Source: Chitinophagaceae bacterium UBA5175 (GTDB lineage Bacteria; Bacteroidota; Bacteroidia; Chitinophagales; Chitinophagaceae). From it: 39,670 bases of DNA. Positions 17,720 to 27,872 of the stretch are shown one piece after another (position 1 is the first letter of the stretch; every line of letters starts with the position of its first letter). The translations under genes were made by a program, and so were the position numbers. The notes beneath the pieces were generated by a model, which saw nothing but the letters and a program-made list of their open reading frames with translations, made no database searches and was not told where the DNA came from. The DNA lies in assembly GCA_002413325.1 (NCBI GenBank), contig DHWT01000323.1, positions 1-39,670 of the forward strand, in the 5' to 3' direction.

Positions 17720-18352
17720 ATGAAATATCAAGACAATTCATTTCCCTTTCTTTTCAGCGGAAAAATCGGAAATGTCGTAGGCAGAGTCATCAACGGAAAA
17801 CAGTATATATCTAAATTACCAAGTCCCAGAAAAAGCAAGCCTACCATCCGTGAGTTGGAAATCCGGCGGAAATTCGCCATGGCCATTCGATTTTTAAAGC
17901 AAGCGGTTCCGGTTCTCAAAAAATATAATGAGCTGAATGGCAAAAGCGGATTTAATAAAGCCGTATCTCATCTTATACGTCATGCCATTCAGGGAACCCA
18001 TCCGGATCAGCGCATCGACTTCAGCCAGGTAATACTTGGGGAGGGAATCCTCCATAATCCCCGGACTTATCATATGCGATCATCGGCAAAAGGTCTCCTG
18101 GAATTTGGCTGGACCTGTGAAATGATGAAACGCAGCAGATCGAAATCAGACAGGATCTTCGTTTTAGTCTATAACGAGGCGACACATCAATACAAATACG
18201 AACTATCCGGCCCCGAGCGCCGGGAACGACAATTTCTGATGAATGTTTCCCGTTTCAGCGGCCAACAAATTCAAGTCTGGTTCGGATTTTCGTCCGCAAA
18301 CGGTGCACTTGTTTCCAATTCCGTGTATGCCGGTAGCATAAAGGTTATATAG
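17720..18352 (+). CDS. DUF6266-like protein
   Basis: FSGKIGNVVG, GKQYI, RRKF, FNKAVS, IDFSQVIL.EG, C-terminal VSNSVYAG. Confidence 0.8.
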   Translation: MKYQDNSFPFLFSGKIGNVVGRVINGKQYISKLPSPRKSKPTIRELEIRRKFAMAIRFLKQAVPVLKKYNELNGKSGFNKAVSHLIRHAIQGTHPDQRIDFSQVILGEGILHNPRTYHMRSSAKGLLEFGWTCEMMKRSRSKSDRIFVLVYNEATHQYKYELSGPERRERQFLMNVSRFSGQQIQVWFGFSSANGALVSNSVYAGSIKVI

Positions 18353-18383
18353 GACCCGTTTTAATCCTTACCTGTGAAAAATG

Positions 18384-18406
18384 AGCCGCCGAAGGGCGGC
18401 TTTATT
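18384..18406 (+). terminator. Intrinsic terminator
   Basis: AGCCGCC-GAAG-GGCGGCT followed by TTATT, downstream of the DUF6266-like gene. Confidence 0.7.
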
Positions 18407-18674
18407 GTGTCTTTTACAACATATCTGCCGTCATCAGCTGATACAGCGGGGTATCCTTTTAATTTCGAACTACAAATTCCTCTTCCGCTCTAAACCATCT
18501 TTCACTCAACTGAAAATAGTGAAGCTTTCTGCGTTGTTTTGTCATAACCTAATTTTAAGTAATAAATTCATTTGCCAATTTAGTCCAGCCATTCAGGCGG
18601 CTGGTACAGAGATGGCAAGAATCTTCCTCATGTTAGATTAATAAGGGGAGCTGAAACAAAACTTTTTATCAAAA

Positions 18675-19616
18675 TTAGTTACAATTTCTTTTAATCAACT
18701 CATAAGAGTAGGAATATCCTAATTCTCCGGCTTTACTAAAATCTAAACAAGCCCGGTCTTTTTGCCCTAAATAAATTTCAATATTTGCCCTATTTAGATA
18801 TGCAGTTATGACTAAATTCTTATTGTCGGAACCAATTTTTATAACAACACTATAATCATCTATCGCACCATGATAGTTTTCTAATGCACCTTTAGCTATT
18901 CCTCTATTAAGATATGCCTCTGTGTAAGATGGATCTGACTGTATTGCTTTATTATAATCTTCAATGCCGCCCTGATAATCATGTTTAGCTCCTTTAAAAT
19001 CCAAGTTTAAATTAGATTTCAAATTCCCGCGTTTAAAAAAAGGGCTGCTTTTTGAAAAACTATAAATGATTGAATTAGTGTAATCATCTTGAGCACCAAT
19101 ATTATCCCCCAATTTTTTAAATTTGATATCTCCTCTCAACTCATAAGCCTCGCCGTATTCGGAATTAAATTCGATTGCCTTATTCAAATCGATTAGAGCA
19201 CCTTGGTAGTCAAATAATTCATATTTTGCTTTGGCCCTGTTCAAATATCCAACATAGTATTTTGGATTTAGGATTAAAACCCTATCAAAATCTAATATTG
19301 CATTTTTATAGTCCTTTTGTTTAAATCTTGTTTCCCCTCTAAACTCATAAGAAGATAAATACGTAGGATCCAATGCTATTGCCTTATTAAAATCAGACAT
19401 TGCCCCCCTATAATCTTCCAAATTACTTTTAGATATTCCCCTATTTACATATGAGGTAATATCTCTAGGGTTATCTTCAATTACTTTACTGAAGAGACGA
19501 ATAGCCTCAACATTGTCCTTACCCATTTGCATTATGGCATCTAAATATAGTTTCGATTGACAATTGGATTTTAGAACAACACAAGTCATTATTAAATAAA
19601 ACAAATATTTTTTCAT
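18675..19616 (-). CDS. Tetratricopeptide repeat protein, exported
   Basis: Repeated YxNRG..K..L.DY.GA..DF.KAI..DP units; terminal ACLDFSKAGELG; signal peptide. Confidence 0.92.
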   Translation of the reverse strand: MKKYLFYLIMTCVVLKSNCQSKLYLDAIMQMGKDNVEAIRLFSKVIEDNPRDITSYVNRGISKSNLEDYRGAMSDFNKAIALDPTYLSSYEFRGETRFKQKDYKNAILDFDRVLILNPKYYVGYLNRAKAKYELFDYQGALIDLNKAIEFNSEYGEAYELRGDIKFKKLGDNIGAQDDYTNSIIYSFSKSSPFFKRGNLKSNLNLDFKGAKHDYQGGIEDYNKAIQSDPSYTEAYLNRGIAKGALENYHGAIDDYSVVIKIGSDNKNLVITAYLNRANIEIYLGQKDRACLDFSKAGELGYSYSYELIKRNCN

Positions 19617-19813
19617 ATATCTGATTTTTATATCCTAAATATCCATGCTATTTCACCAGCATCATAATCTGCCAGAATCTCTCTAACTATAACGTCATTT
19701 ATTATCTCTCAATTTTAAAATTTGATCAAATCTCAATCCCATTTCGATATGATTTTGCTTGATTTTATATCAGTTTGAAACAACTTAGAATTCAAAATAT
19801 AATTCTATCCTTT

Positions 19814-20758
19814 TTAGTAAACTTTTCTCAAAATCACAGCAGACTCGTTTATATCATCAAGCTTATATCTCGATTTCTTTCCAGCCTTAGCTAAAATCAA
19901 AATTTTGCCTTTAACTTCCCACTGTCCGATATCACCTTGTGTCGAAGGGAAATAATTATCCTGGTACGAATAACTTGAATAAAAATCTATAAATCCTAAC
20001 TCTGATCTGTTATAGGGACGACGACATAAAAACAGGCTACTATCTGTTCTGTTTTGTTCGATGTACCATCTGCCAGCCATCTTCTTGGATTCATCATTAA
20101 AATGCGAACCCACATGCACAGTATTTTGAATATTACCATTGCGATAAATTGAAATAGAGTCAGTGATAATAGACATTGGCTCATATCTATTTATATGAAT
20201 CATCGACTTCCCAAATTCCCAAGGCCCTGTTCTCAGGCCTCCCGAATAGTTTCCTATGGAAGAATTCTCAATCCATATCCCTTCCTTTTTCAATGGCCAT
20301 ATACAATTTTTACAAAACCAGTCTTGAGTAAGCCCCTTATCCCCATAAGGATCATTTACCATATCCGGTACAGACAATAAATTATAATCAGCTGGATTAT
20401 CTCTGTCAACCATAAATACGCCAATTCCGGTTACGTTCATATTGTCATCATATCTTACAAAACAAACCGAAGTATCCGAATTCATATAAAATTCCTCAAC
20501 TAATTTGTTTGAAATCCTTGAGAAGACAGACTTCTTAATTAGCCTCTGATTAAAACCAATTCTTAATTCTGTAGTATAATAGATGGAATCAAGCTTGAAA
20601 GAAACTTCACCATTGACAATTTGGATATCTTTTGATTTTTGTGCAAGAAGATTTAAGGCCTGGAATAAGAGAAATAAAAATAATAACTGGATTTTGCGAT
20701 ATTTTACCTTTGTAATGATCGTTATCATATAAGTTTTAACGCGGCAAGTCACTACCAT
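19814..20758 (-). CDS. Exported hypothetical protein (start possibly 20728)
   Basis: 314-aa ORF, hydrophobic leader, KKEGIW / RTGPW MORN-like motifs. Confidence 0.7.
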   Translation of the reverse strand: MVVTCRVKTYMITIITKVKYRKIQLLFLFLLFQALNLLAQKSKDIQIVNGEVSFKLDSIYYTTELRIGFNQRLIKKSVFSRISNKLVEEFYMNSDTSVCFVRYDDNMNVTGIGVFMVDRDNPADYNLLSVPDMVNDPYGDKGLTQDWFCKNCIWPLKKEGIWIENSSIGNYSGGLRTGPWEFGKSMIHINRYEPMSIITDSISIYRNGNIQNTVHVGSHFNDESKKMAGRWYIEQNRTDSSLFLCRRPYNRSELGFIDFYSSYSYQDNYFPSTQGDIGQWEVKGKILILAKAGKKSRYKLDDINESAVILRKVY

Positions 20759-21011
20759 TGAAGAAGTTAAAAACGAGAATAGAAAATAATTATTGCTAAT
20801 AGATTCCAGTTTTCTAGATTTTCAAACTCTATATAAATATTTATACTTAGTCTCTTACTCTGAGGCCTTTTCTAATACCATAGATTAGCCTTTGTAGTCA
20901 TATTGTAAAAACTATTAAAAGATCGTCGATTTTGAACGTAGCCGCTGGCTTTGGATTTACCGACCCCTTATAAACTGAACAGTTTTCTAAATGTAGTTTC
21001 GCCTTCCAATT

Positions 21012-21686
21012 TCAAACCGCCCGTCTTTGGGTATTCGTATGATAGCACTCACGACATTCAGGAATTTTGACACTGGTATCTGCTTCGTCACCACAACTAT
21101 GACAAAAATTCTCTTCGTAATCCGCGTTACCATAAAGATTCCAGGAATTATAACATGATTTACATAAAGGACGTAAGGGGTTATATGAAACAGAGGCCCC
21201 GCATCTTATACAAAACCCGGCATCTTCATGACCGGAATGTCTGCCGGGCATATGAATTTCCACAATGTCACTTTTGTCAATAATATATTCTGCTTCTCTC
21301 TTTGCAGCTTCATAAAGCGCTGTATCTGTTTTTCTGTCTACAAAAACACCCATCTCAATGTTGTTTCTGGCAGAAAAATCAAAGAAATTCATGGAAGAAA
21401 TAACCATTGATTCCTCATTGTAGTAGCATTTGGCATGTAAGTGTTCCAGAAAGCTGATGTGTAAGCCTTTAATCAAAGAAAGGAGCCCGAGCTGTTGGTC
21501 TTTGGGAATTGTCTTTCCAAAAACCAGGTCAACTTTGACCTTAGATTTAATTGCCTCACTAATACGGTCAGCAAAAATTTCTGAGATTTGGATATAGGGG
21601 GAAATCAGGACGATCCTTTGTTTCGCATTTCTGATAATCTTCTCAATACTTGCATTGATCTCTGAGGTTGTGAGGAATTCGGCCAT
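21012..21686 (-). CDS. Phospholipase D-superfamily nuclease-like protein with C-terminal Cys-rich Zn-binding domain
   Basis: Likely start MAEFLTT (21686); ISPYI, HLHAKCYYNE, SSMN, NNIEMG; four CxxC (CIRC, CKSC, CHSC, CREC). Confidence 0.85.
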   Translation of the reverse strand: MAEFLTTSEINASIEKIIRNAKQRIVLISPYIQISEIFADRISEAIKSKVKVDLVFGKTIPKDQQLGLLSLIKGLHISFLEHLHAKCYYNEESMVISSMNFFDFSARNNIEMGVFVDRKTDTALYEAAKREAEYIIDKSDIVEIHMPGRHSGHEDAGFCIRCGASVSYNPLRPLCKSCYNSWNLYGNADYEENFCHSCGDEADTSVKIPECRECYHTNTQRRAV

Positions 21687-21918
21687 AGTCAATGGATTTT
21701 GTCCATTTTGAACGTGAATTCGCACAAACTATTGCATTTTTTAAATTCTGTCGAGTCTTGAAGAAAAACTAAACGTCCCCCTTTGGAGTCTTTAGTTGCG
21801 GCAGAACATTACTTTTGACAATAATGTCTTACTCACTTCTAAGTAAGCATAACATGAAATTCATATCATTGATCTGAAGAGTTATGATCTACAGAATACT
21901 AATTTATTTGGATTAAAA

Positions 21919-21931
21919 CTAATACTATTAG
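21919..21931. promoter_or_regulatory. CTAA-N5-TTAG palindrome (candidate Bacteroidota SOS box) upstream of vsr
   Basis: CTAA-TACTA-TTAG, followed by TA as in both imuA boxes; a near-match CTAA-TTTAT-TTGG lies at 21899-21911. Confidence 0.45.
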
Positions 21932-21970
21932 TATATTAGCATTTTGCCCGGGATATCTACCTTTAACGGG

Positions 21971-22396
21971 ATGGATGTTTTGACTAAGGAACAAAGGAGA
22001 AAAAATATGCAATCTATCCGTAGTACGGATACGAAAGCAGAGATTTCTTTAGCTAAAGCTTTATGGGCAAAGGGCTACAGGTACCGGAAAAACGATAAGA
22101 CAGTTTTTGGAAAACCGGACCTGACTTTTAAAGGATTAAGGATTGCCGTTTTTGTTGACAGTGAATTTTTTCACGGCAAAGACTGGGAAATTCAGAAAAA
22201 CAGAATAAAGACTAACCGGGGGTTCTGGTGGAAGAAGATTGAGGGGAATATGAAACGCGACCTTTTAGTTATCAACAAATTGGAGTCTGATGGGTGGATA
22301 GTATTACGGTTCTGGGATAAGGAAATCCTGAAAAATTCAGCAAATTGCATAAACAAAATAGTGGACGCTGTTAATTTGAGAAAAAATGGCCATTAA
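21971..22396 (+). CDS. vsr: Very short patch repair endonuclease
   Basis: [47 protein letters not shown]. Confidence 0.95.
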   Translation: MDVLTKEQRRKNMQSIRSTDTKAEISLAKALWAKGYRYRKNDKTVFGKPDLTFKGLRIAVFVDSEFFHGKDWEIQKNRIKTNRGFWWKKIEGNMKRDLLVINKLESDGWIVLRFWDKEILKNSANCINKIVDAVNLRKNGH

Positions 22397-23588
22397 GTAT
22401 TCAAAAGTCCGTGAGAAACTGAACCTGGAGGTTGATAACAAATCAGACTTTGATCTGGCTAATCTGACCCATTATCTGCAGAATCATAAAAACGGGGTGT
22501 CCCAGTATTTTAGACCGGCTGCAACAAAATATCTATCGCTATTACATGAAAAGCTGAATATTGTCGAAGAACCGGATTTCCAATATTATCTCCCTATTCA
22601 ATGGGATATACCATTCCCTCCTCCCGAAAAACCTAAATTCAAATTCATCGACCTGTTTGCGGGAATTGGCGGTATCAGACTGGCTTACCAGAACCTTGGC
22701 GGTAAGTGTGTCTTTACGAGCGAATGGAATAACTATGCCAAGAAAACTTATGAAGCCAATTTCGGAGAAGTGCCGTTCGGGGATATTACGAAAATTAAAG
22801 AGAGTGACATACCTGATCATGACATCCTGGTTGCCGGATTTCCCTGTCAGCCCTTTTCCATTGCCGGTGTTTCAAAGAAGAATGCTTTAGGCAGAGCACA
22901 TGGTTTTCTGGATGAAACCCAGGGTACTTTGTTTTTCGACCTTGCCCGGATTATTCAGGAAAAACAACCCAAGGCCTTTATGTTGGAAAATGTAAAAAAC
23001 CTCGTTTCCCATGATAAGGGTAAAACTTTTAAGGTTATTTCCAACACATTAAGAGAACTGGGATATTCCATCTACACAAAAGTTTTAGACAGCAAACATT
23101 TTGTTCCCCAGCACAGAGAAAGAATAATTATTGTCGGGTTCAGACAGGAAATATATAAGGGCAGGGAAAAATTCGAATTTCCTGAGTTGCCGGAACCTTC
23201 ACGTACAATGAAAGAGATTCTGGAAACAAAGCCGGATCACAAATACACTTTAAGCAGTCTGCTGTGGCAATATCTTCAGAATTACTCTGCAAAACATAAA
23301 GAGAAAGGAAACGGTTTCGGATTCGGCCTCGTGGATAGGAACGGAATTTCAAGAACCATATCGGCCAGATACTATAAAGACGGTTCAGAAATACTTGTTC
23401 CACAGGAAACTAAAAATCCGCGACGTCTTACTCCCAGAGAATGTGCACGACTGCAGGGATTCCCGGATAGTTTCCTGATCCCGGTATCCGATACCCAGGC
23501 GTACAAGCAGTTTGGGAATTCGGTTACCGTGCCGTTGATTCAGGCGGTTGCAGAAAAAGTTGTCAAAGGACTTTTATCTAATAAATGA
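22386..23588 (+). CDS. dcm: DNA (cytosine-5)-methyltransferase, Dcm/EcoRII-like
   Basis: [44 protein letters not shown]. Confidence 0.95.
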   Translation: MAIKYSKVREKLNLEVDNKSDFDLANLTHYLQNHKNGVSQYFRPAATKYLSLLHEKLNIVEEPDFQYYLPIQWDIPFPPPEKPKFKFIDLFAGIGGIRLAYQNLGGKCVFTSEWNNYAKKTYEANFGEVPFGDITKIKESDIPDHDILVAGFPCQPFSIAGVSKKNALGRAHGFLDETQGTLFFDLARIIQEKQPKAFMLENVKNLVSHDKGKTFKVISNTLRELGYSIYTKVLDSKHFVPQHRERIIIVGFRQEIYKGREKFEFPELPEPSRTMKEILETKPDHKYTLSSLLWQYLQNYSAKHKEKGNGFGFGLVDRNGISRTISARYYKDGSEILVPQETKNPRRLTPRECARLQGFPDSFLIPVSDTQAYKQFGNSVTVPLIQAVAEKVVKGLLSNK

Positions 23589-24895
23589 ATTTAGCCCGGC
23601 TTCAATCCATTTTTGCCGGTAACGGCTGTCAGAAGATCTATGTAAAAAAATTATCCCCGAACGATAACTCAAAGAATCAGGTTTACCTGGGTGGTAATTT
23701 CGAAATCCTGAATATTTTTCCCCTTTCATCAATTGAAACTGAAAGCGCCGGTGACTGGGAAAGAGAAAGATTTAAGGCGTCACTTAAATTTGGCTGGATA
23801 TCTGAAGAAGGGAAAATCTACCCGGCCCCACACGCACAGTTTATATTATATCCCAAATACCCGGAGGTTAGATTTTCCGGATTTCTCCTGGGCTGTGAAA
23901 AACCACCTTCAGAATTAATGACACAGCGAACGGCTGACAGACTGCTTTTACTTTCGATCACTGATAAAGGGATCGTAATCGGATATGTTACAGGTCCTAC
24001 AACTGAATTAGCAGGCGAATTTGAGAAATTGAACATTATTGATAAACTCGGGGTTTTTTCATTAATAGACCTTCCTCTAACTGTAAATAACAAACAACGT
24101 CTTATTGACGAATTAACCAGAATTCATAAAAAGGACTGGATTTTATCAAAACGTTTGGACAAATATGGTAATCTGTTGCCTTGTGATTCCCCAAATTGTG
24201 GCGGGTTTACATTAGAAGCTGAACTGGGTATAAAACCTAACGGCTTTTCAGAACCGGATTTTCTTGGATGGGAAATCAAGCAATTTGGAGTTACCAATTT
24301 TGAACACTTGGACAACTCTGTTATTACTCTCATGACGCCTGAGCCTACCGATGGATTTTATATATCTGATGGTGCTGAAGCATTTATTAATAAATATGGG
24401 TATGAAGATAAAAACGGAGTAGCCGACAGGAAAAACTTTGGAGGAATTCATAAATCCGGCTTAAAGCATCCCACAACAGGCTTGGAACTTAAGCTCGAAG
24501 GTTTTGACAGCCTGTCCGGGAAAATCAGAAGTGCAGATGGAATGATTGCCCTGGTAGATAAAAATAATAATATAGCAGCTTCCTGGGGTTTTGGTTCGTT
24601 ATTACTGCATTGGAACCGAAAACATAATCAGGCATGTTACCTGCCATCTATAAATAATAAAGAGAAAGAGAGAAAATATAAATATGGGAACAGAGCTATA
24701 TTAGGAATGGGAACCGATTTCCAACTTTTCCTGAAGGAAATGGCAATAGGGCATATTTATTATGATCCGGGCATCAAAATGGAAAACGTTTCTACAAATC
24801 CCAAAATCAAGAAGCGAAGCCAGTTTAGGATTAAGTCCAGTAACTTAAACAATCTCTATAAGGAACATGAAATTATTAATTTGATTGATAAGTAA
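23585..24895 (+). CDS. MvaI/BcnI-family restriction endonuclease
   Basis: [42 protein letters not shown]; ATGA overlap with the MTase. Confidence 0.85.
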   Translation: MNLARLQSIFAGNGCQKIYVKKLSPNDNSKNQVYLGGNFEILNIFPLSSIETESAGDWERERFKASLKFGWISEEGKIYPAPHAQFILYPKYPEVRFSGFLLGCEKPPSELMTQRTADRLLLLSITDKGIVIGYVTGPTTELAGEFEKLNIIDKLGVFSLIDLPLTVNNKQRLIDELTRIHKKDWILSKRLDKYGNLLPCDSPNCGGFTLEAELGIKPNGFSEPDFLGWEIKQFGVTNFEHLDNSVITLMTPEPTDGFYISDGAEAFINKYGYEDKNGVADRKNFGGIHKSGLKHPTTGLELKLEGFDSLSGKIRSADGMIALVDKNNNIAASWGFGSLLLHWNRKHNQACYLPSINNKEKERKYKYGNRAILGMGTDFQLFLKEMAIGHIYYDPGIKMENVSTNPKIKKRSQFRIKSSNLNNLYKEHEIINLIDK

Positions 24896-25096
24896 TAAAG
24901 ATATTTTCCAATTCAACTTTAATATCAATAGTTATATTTAGAAGATATTTAGAAATTTATAAATTTTCAGCACTCAACAACTAGTTAAATCACTAGTGTC
25001 GCAATGAAACTAGACATAGTGGCACAGGGCGGATTTAAAAAGGATTTCCGTGAATGTCAGCTTATATATACATGTTTCCAAATCAAATATTAGCAA

Positions 25097-27415
25097 TTAT
25101 ACTTTATGATTTCTCTCGATATTCTGTAGCATATCATTAATTCTATTTGATAAATCCCTTAAGCCCCTAATCCTTGGATGATTGTAATCAGAGATAACGT
25201 CATTAAGTCTTTCGGAAGCCGTAATTAAGTATTTTTTTCCTTTAATATTTGAAAATTTACTGTAATACTGAATAGCTTGTACTGCAAATATCTTCGCATG
25301 ATAAAATTTTCTTGGATCCCTAATATAACAATCGGTCAATATATTGAGACTTTTCTCAAGAGTTTGTTGAACAACAGGATCACTCGAATCACCATTGATA
25401 TTGGCCTCAAAAAGTATTATTGCGTGTGTGTTTCTAATAGAAAAATGTCTGTCATGAGATAACCTAATGGCCTTGTCAATGGCAACAAATGCCTCTGTGA
25501 ATCTTTTTCTATTTGCCAAATACAATGCTTCTTGCTGCAAGACATAGAAGGAATCATCCTTTTGATAAATATCTTCGTAAAAAGTCATACCCTCCTCCCA
25601 GTTAGGGAAAGCCTTTACTGCAAACTTTGAATCATATCCCATTTTTTTAAATGTATAATAATTGCATATCCGATATGTTCCGACATTTTGTGTAAATCTT
25701 TTGAGTACCCGCTTGAAAATTACAGGAGGTACTTTTTCAATTACCGTTTCTGCAACTATTGTAGACCGTGTTTGAAAATAATCTTGATCATCGTCTACAA
25801 AGCTATTTGGATAATCAGTTAAAAGCGAACCTAATGCTTCGACGGTCGCTATTATATCATTATAATCTGGAATACTATTACTTAAAAATGCATAAGCCAT
25901 ATCAAATGAAACTGGCGTTCTGCAAGTATGAATATAACAGCACATCACAAATAAATCAACCAAATCAATAGACTGTTGAGCAAGTTCTTGAAATATTTGG
26001 TTATATCTTGCCTTAATTGAATTGCCGTGTATGTTTGCATTTACGAACTCAAAGAGACCATTATTTATCGTATGTATTAATTCCTTACCCCTAATTTCCA
26101 ATGGGATTTGATCAAAGATCTTTTGCACATCGATTTGCGTCAAATCAGTAATATCATAAATTTCTACTCTTGAATCAAGTCGATGTGAAATAATATCAAA
26201 ATTGTGTTCCCTGTCAAATCCGATGATTTTTATATTCGGATATCTTTGTAAATACTCAAATGCATCCAAATTATCCTTGAAGCTGTCAATAAATATGATG
26301 CATTTATCGCTACCTAATTTGTTGGCTATGAATTTTGCTTTATTGTAAGGCAAATAACTTGTTACTAGTTTATGCCCATTAAACTGATATGATGCAGCGA
26401 TTTGCATCATTAATGTTGTTTTTCCACTTGCAGGAATTCCAAGAACAAGTATTTCTTTTTTTTTGTTAATTAAATCAATTACATTTTCATAGTGGCTTGT
26501 TCTAACGATGTTACTTGAAAAAACGTCAAACCATATTGGTGGAGCACCTTTATAAAATTCAATAACAGGTCTTACTGAGACTGTTCCGGCTTTTGGAATA
26601 GCTAGTTCACCAAATAATTTAGAGGTACCTTGTCTAAGTATGCCGATTTCTTCTTTCCCCAGTTTTAATCCATCCAAATAATTTAAAAATTTATCAGTGT
26701 TGCTATAAATGATATTGAATCCTAAAGCATCAAAATACTGATCCATGGACTCATTCTTATCACTTAAGATTATCCATTTTGTTTGGTGAAATTTATAGTT
26801 TGAGCCTGGGCTAAAGAGTGCTTCAATTACACCAGCATCACTTAAGCTATAACCCCAAAATAATGTTGGGTATTTTTCAACACCTTGTCTTAAATATTGC
26901 CATGTATCCCTATCTGTAGAAAAGGCTGACACAATTTCATTAGGTGAAAATTTAAATGGCTTTTGAGGGTTCTCTATCGAGCCATGCAATGGAATATAAT
27001 TGATAGATTCCTTTCCTAAAAAAGCTCCGTTAATTGTTACGTCTATGAGGTAGTGTTTGTCACTTTGAGAATAAATTTTTTGAGTAAGATTATCTATGTT
27101 AGTAGTGTATATGTTTTTTACAAAAAATTTATCCAAGGAAAAATATCTAGGATCGAATGACTTGACATTAAATCGATTTAATAAGTAATTTCTAAAGTCA
27201 TTTTTTTTTGTTGAATCTAAAATTGTAGAAATCTTAGGTAAATCCAAAGAATCAGGTACTTTAAATATCTGACTTAATTCCTTTACTAATGTTCCTGCAG
27301 TGGGTAACAATTCATCTTCATGATCTTTCGCTAGAATAGAAAACCCAGCGCCTAAAAACAAATTAATCCCTTGTTTAAGCGCTTCTTCAAAGGTTGATTG
27401 TAGATGAAATTCCAT
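25097..27415 (-). CDS. SIR2-like NADase + STAND-type ATPase + TPR protein (Avs5-like antiphage sensor)
   Basis: LFLGAGFS, YTTNID, LHGS, FWGYSLSD (SIR2); GIPASGKTT Walker A, IIFID Walker B; helical TPR-like C-terminus; 772 aa. Confidence 0.8.
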   Translation of the reverse strand: MEFHLQSTFEEALKQGINLFLGAGFSILAKDHEDELLPTAGTLVKELSQIFKVPDSLDLPKISTILDSTKKNDFRNYLLNRFNVKSFDPRYFSLDKFFVKNIYTTNIDNLTQKIYSQSDKHYLIDVTINGAFLGKESINYIPLHGSIENPQKPFKFSPNEIVSAFSTDRDTWQYLRQGVEKYPTLFWGYSLSDAGVIEALFSPGSNYKFHQTKWIILSDKNESMDQYFDALGFNIIYSNTDKFLNYLDGLKLGKEEIGILRQGTSKLFGELAIPKAGTVSVRPVIEFYKGAPPIWFDVFSSNIVRTSHYENVIDLINKKKEILVLGIPASGKTTLMMQIAASYQFNGHKLVTSYLPYNKAKFIANKLGSDKCIIFIDSFKDNLDAFEYLQRYPNIKIIGFDREHNFDIISHRLDSRVEIYDITDLTQIDVQKIFDQIPLEIRGKELIHTINNGLFEFVNANIHGNSIKARYNQIFQELAQQSIDLVDLFVMCCYIHTCRTPVSFDMAYAFLSNSIPDYNDIIATVEALGSLLTDYPNSFVDDDQDYFQTRSTIVAETVIEKVPPVIFKRVLKRFTQNVGTYRICNYYTFKKMGYDSKFAVKAFPNWEEGMTFYEDIYQKDDSFYVLQQEALYLANRKRFTEAFVAIDKAIRLSHDRHFSIRNTHAIILFEANINGDSSDPVVQQTLEKSLNILTDCYIRDPRKFYHAKIFAVQAIQYYSKFSNIKGKKYLITASERLNDVISDYNHPRIRGLRDLSNRINDMLQNIERNHKV

Positions 27416-27801
27416 AAATGAGATGTTCTAGGTAAATCTATGAATTTGTTCGGCTTATCGGTTATAGTACCTTAAGATATTAAAAAAGGTTAAGATTAAA
27501 TTTAAGGTCGCAAATAGTGTGGCCAAGATCTTTTGTTTGGCGGAATAGAAATTTGTTTGGAAACAAGAAATAAAGTTTAAAAAAATTTGCTGAACCCATT
27601 TTTAATAATGCTTCCTCAAAAAGGACCTAACCCAGCGATCTTGATAGAATAGTCAGATAAGCAAATAAATACTATTTGGGTTATAATTTTGTATATACCA
27701 ATTTATAATTCAACCTCTTATAAGAAGCTTTAGAAAATAATTTTTGGCATTTTTTAAACATTAATTCGAAAGAATCAACGAAAGTTGAAAATGTGCATTG
27801 T

Positions 27802-27820
27802 TTACTAAATAATTTAGTAA
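27802..27820. promoter_or_regulatory. SOS box (CTAA-N5-TTAG) upstream of imuA copy 1
   Basis: TTACTAAATAATTTAGTAA palindrome about 50 bp before ATG 27873; the motif matches the one reported for non-canonical Bacteroidetes LexA-like repressors. Confidence 0.8.
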
Positions 27821-27872
27821 TTTGCTGCTAATTCACACCCTCATATTCATGAGCGGGCTGAAATCAACGTCT

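Noticed and set aside
15615-18352. Intact prophage
   Set aside because: No integrase, terminase, portal, recognisable capsid, tail or replication genes.
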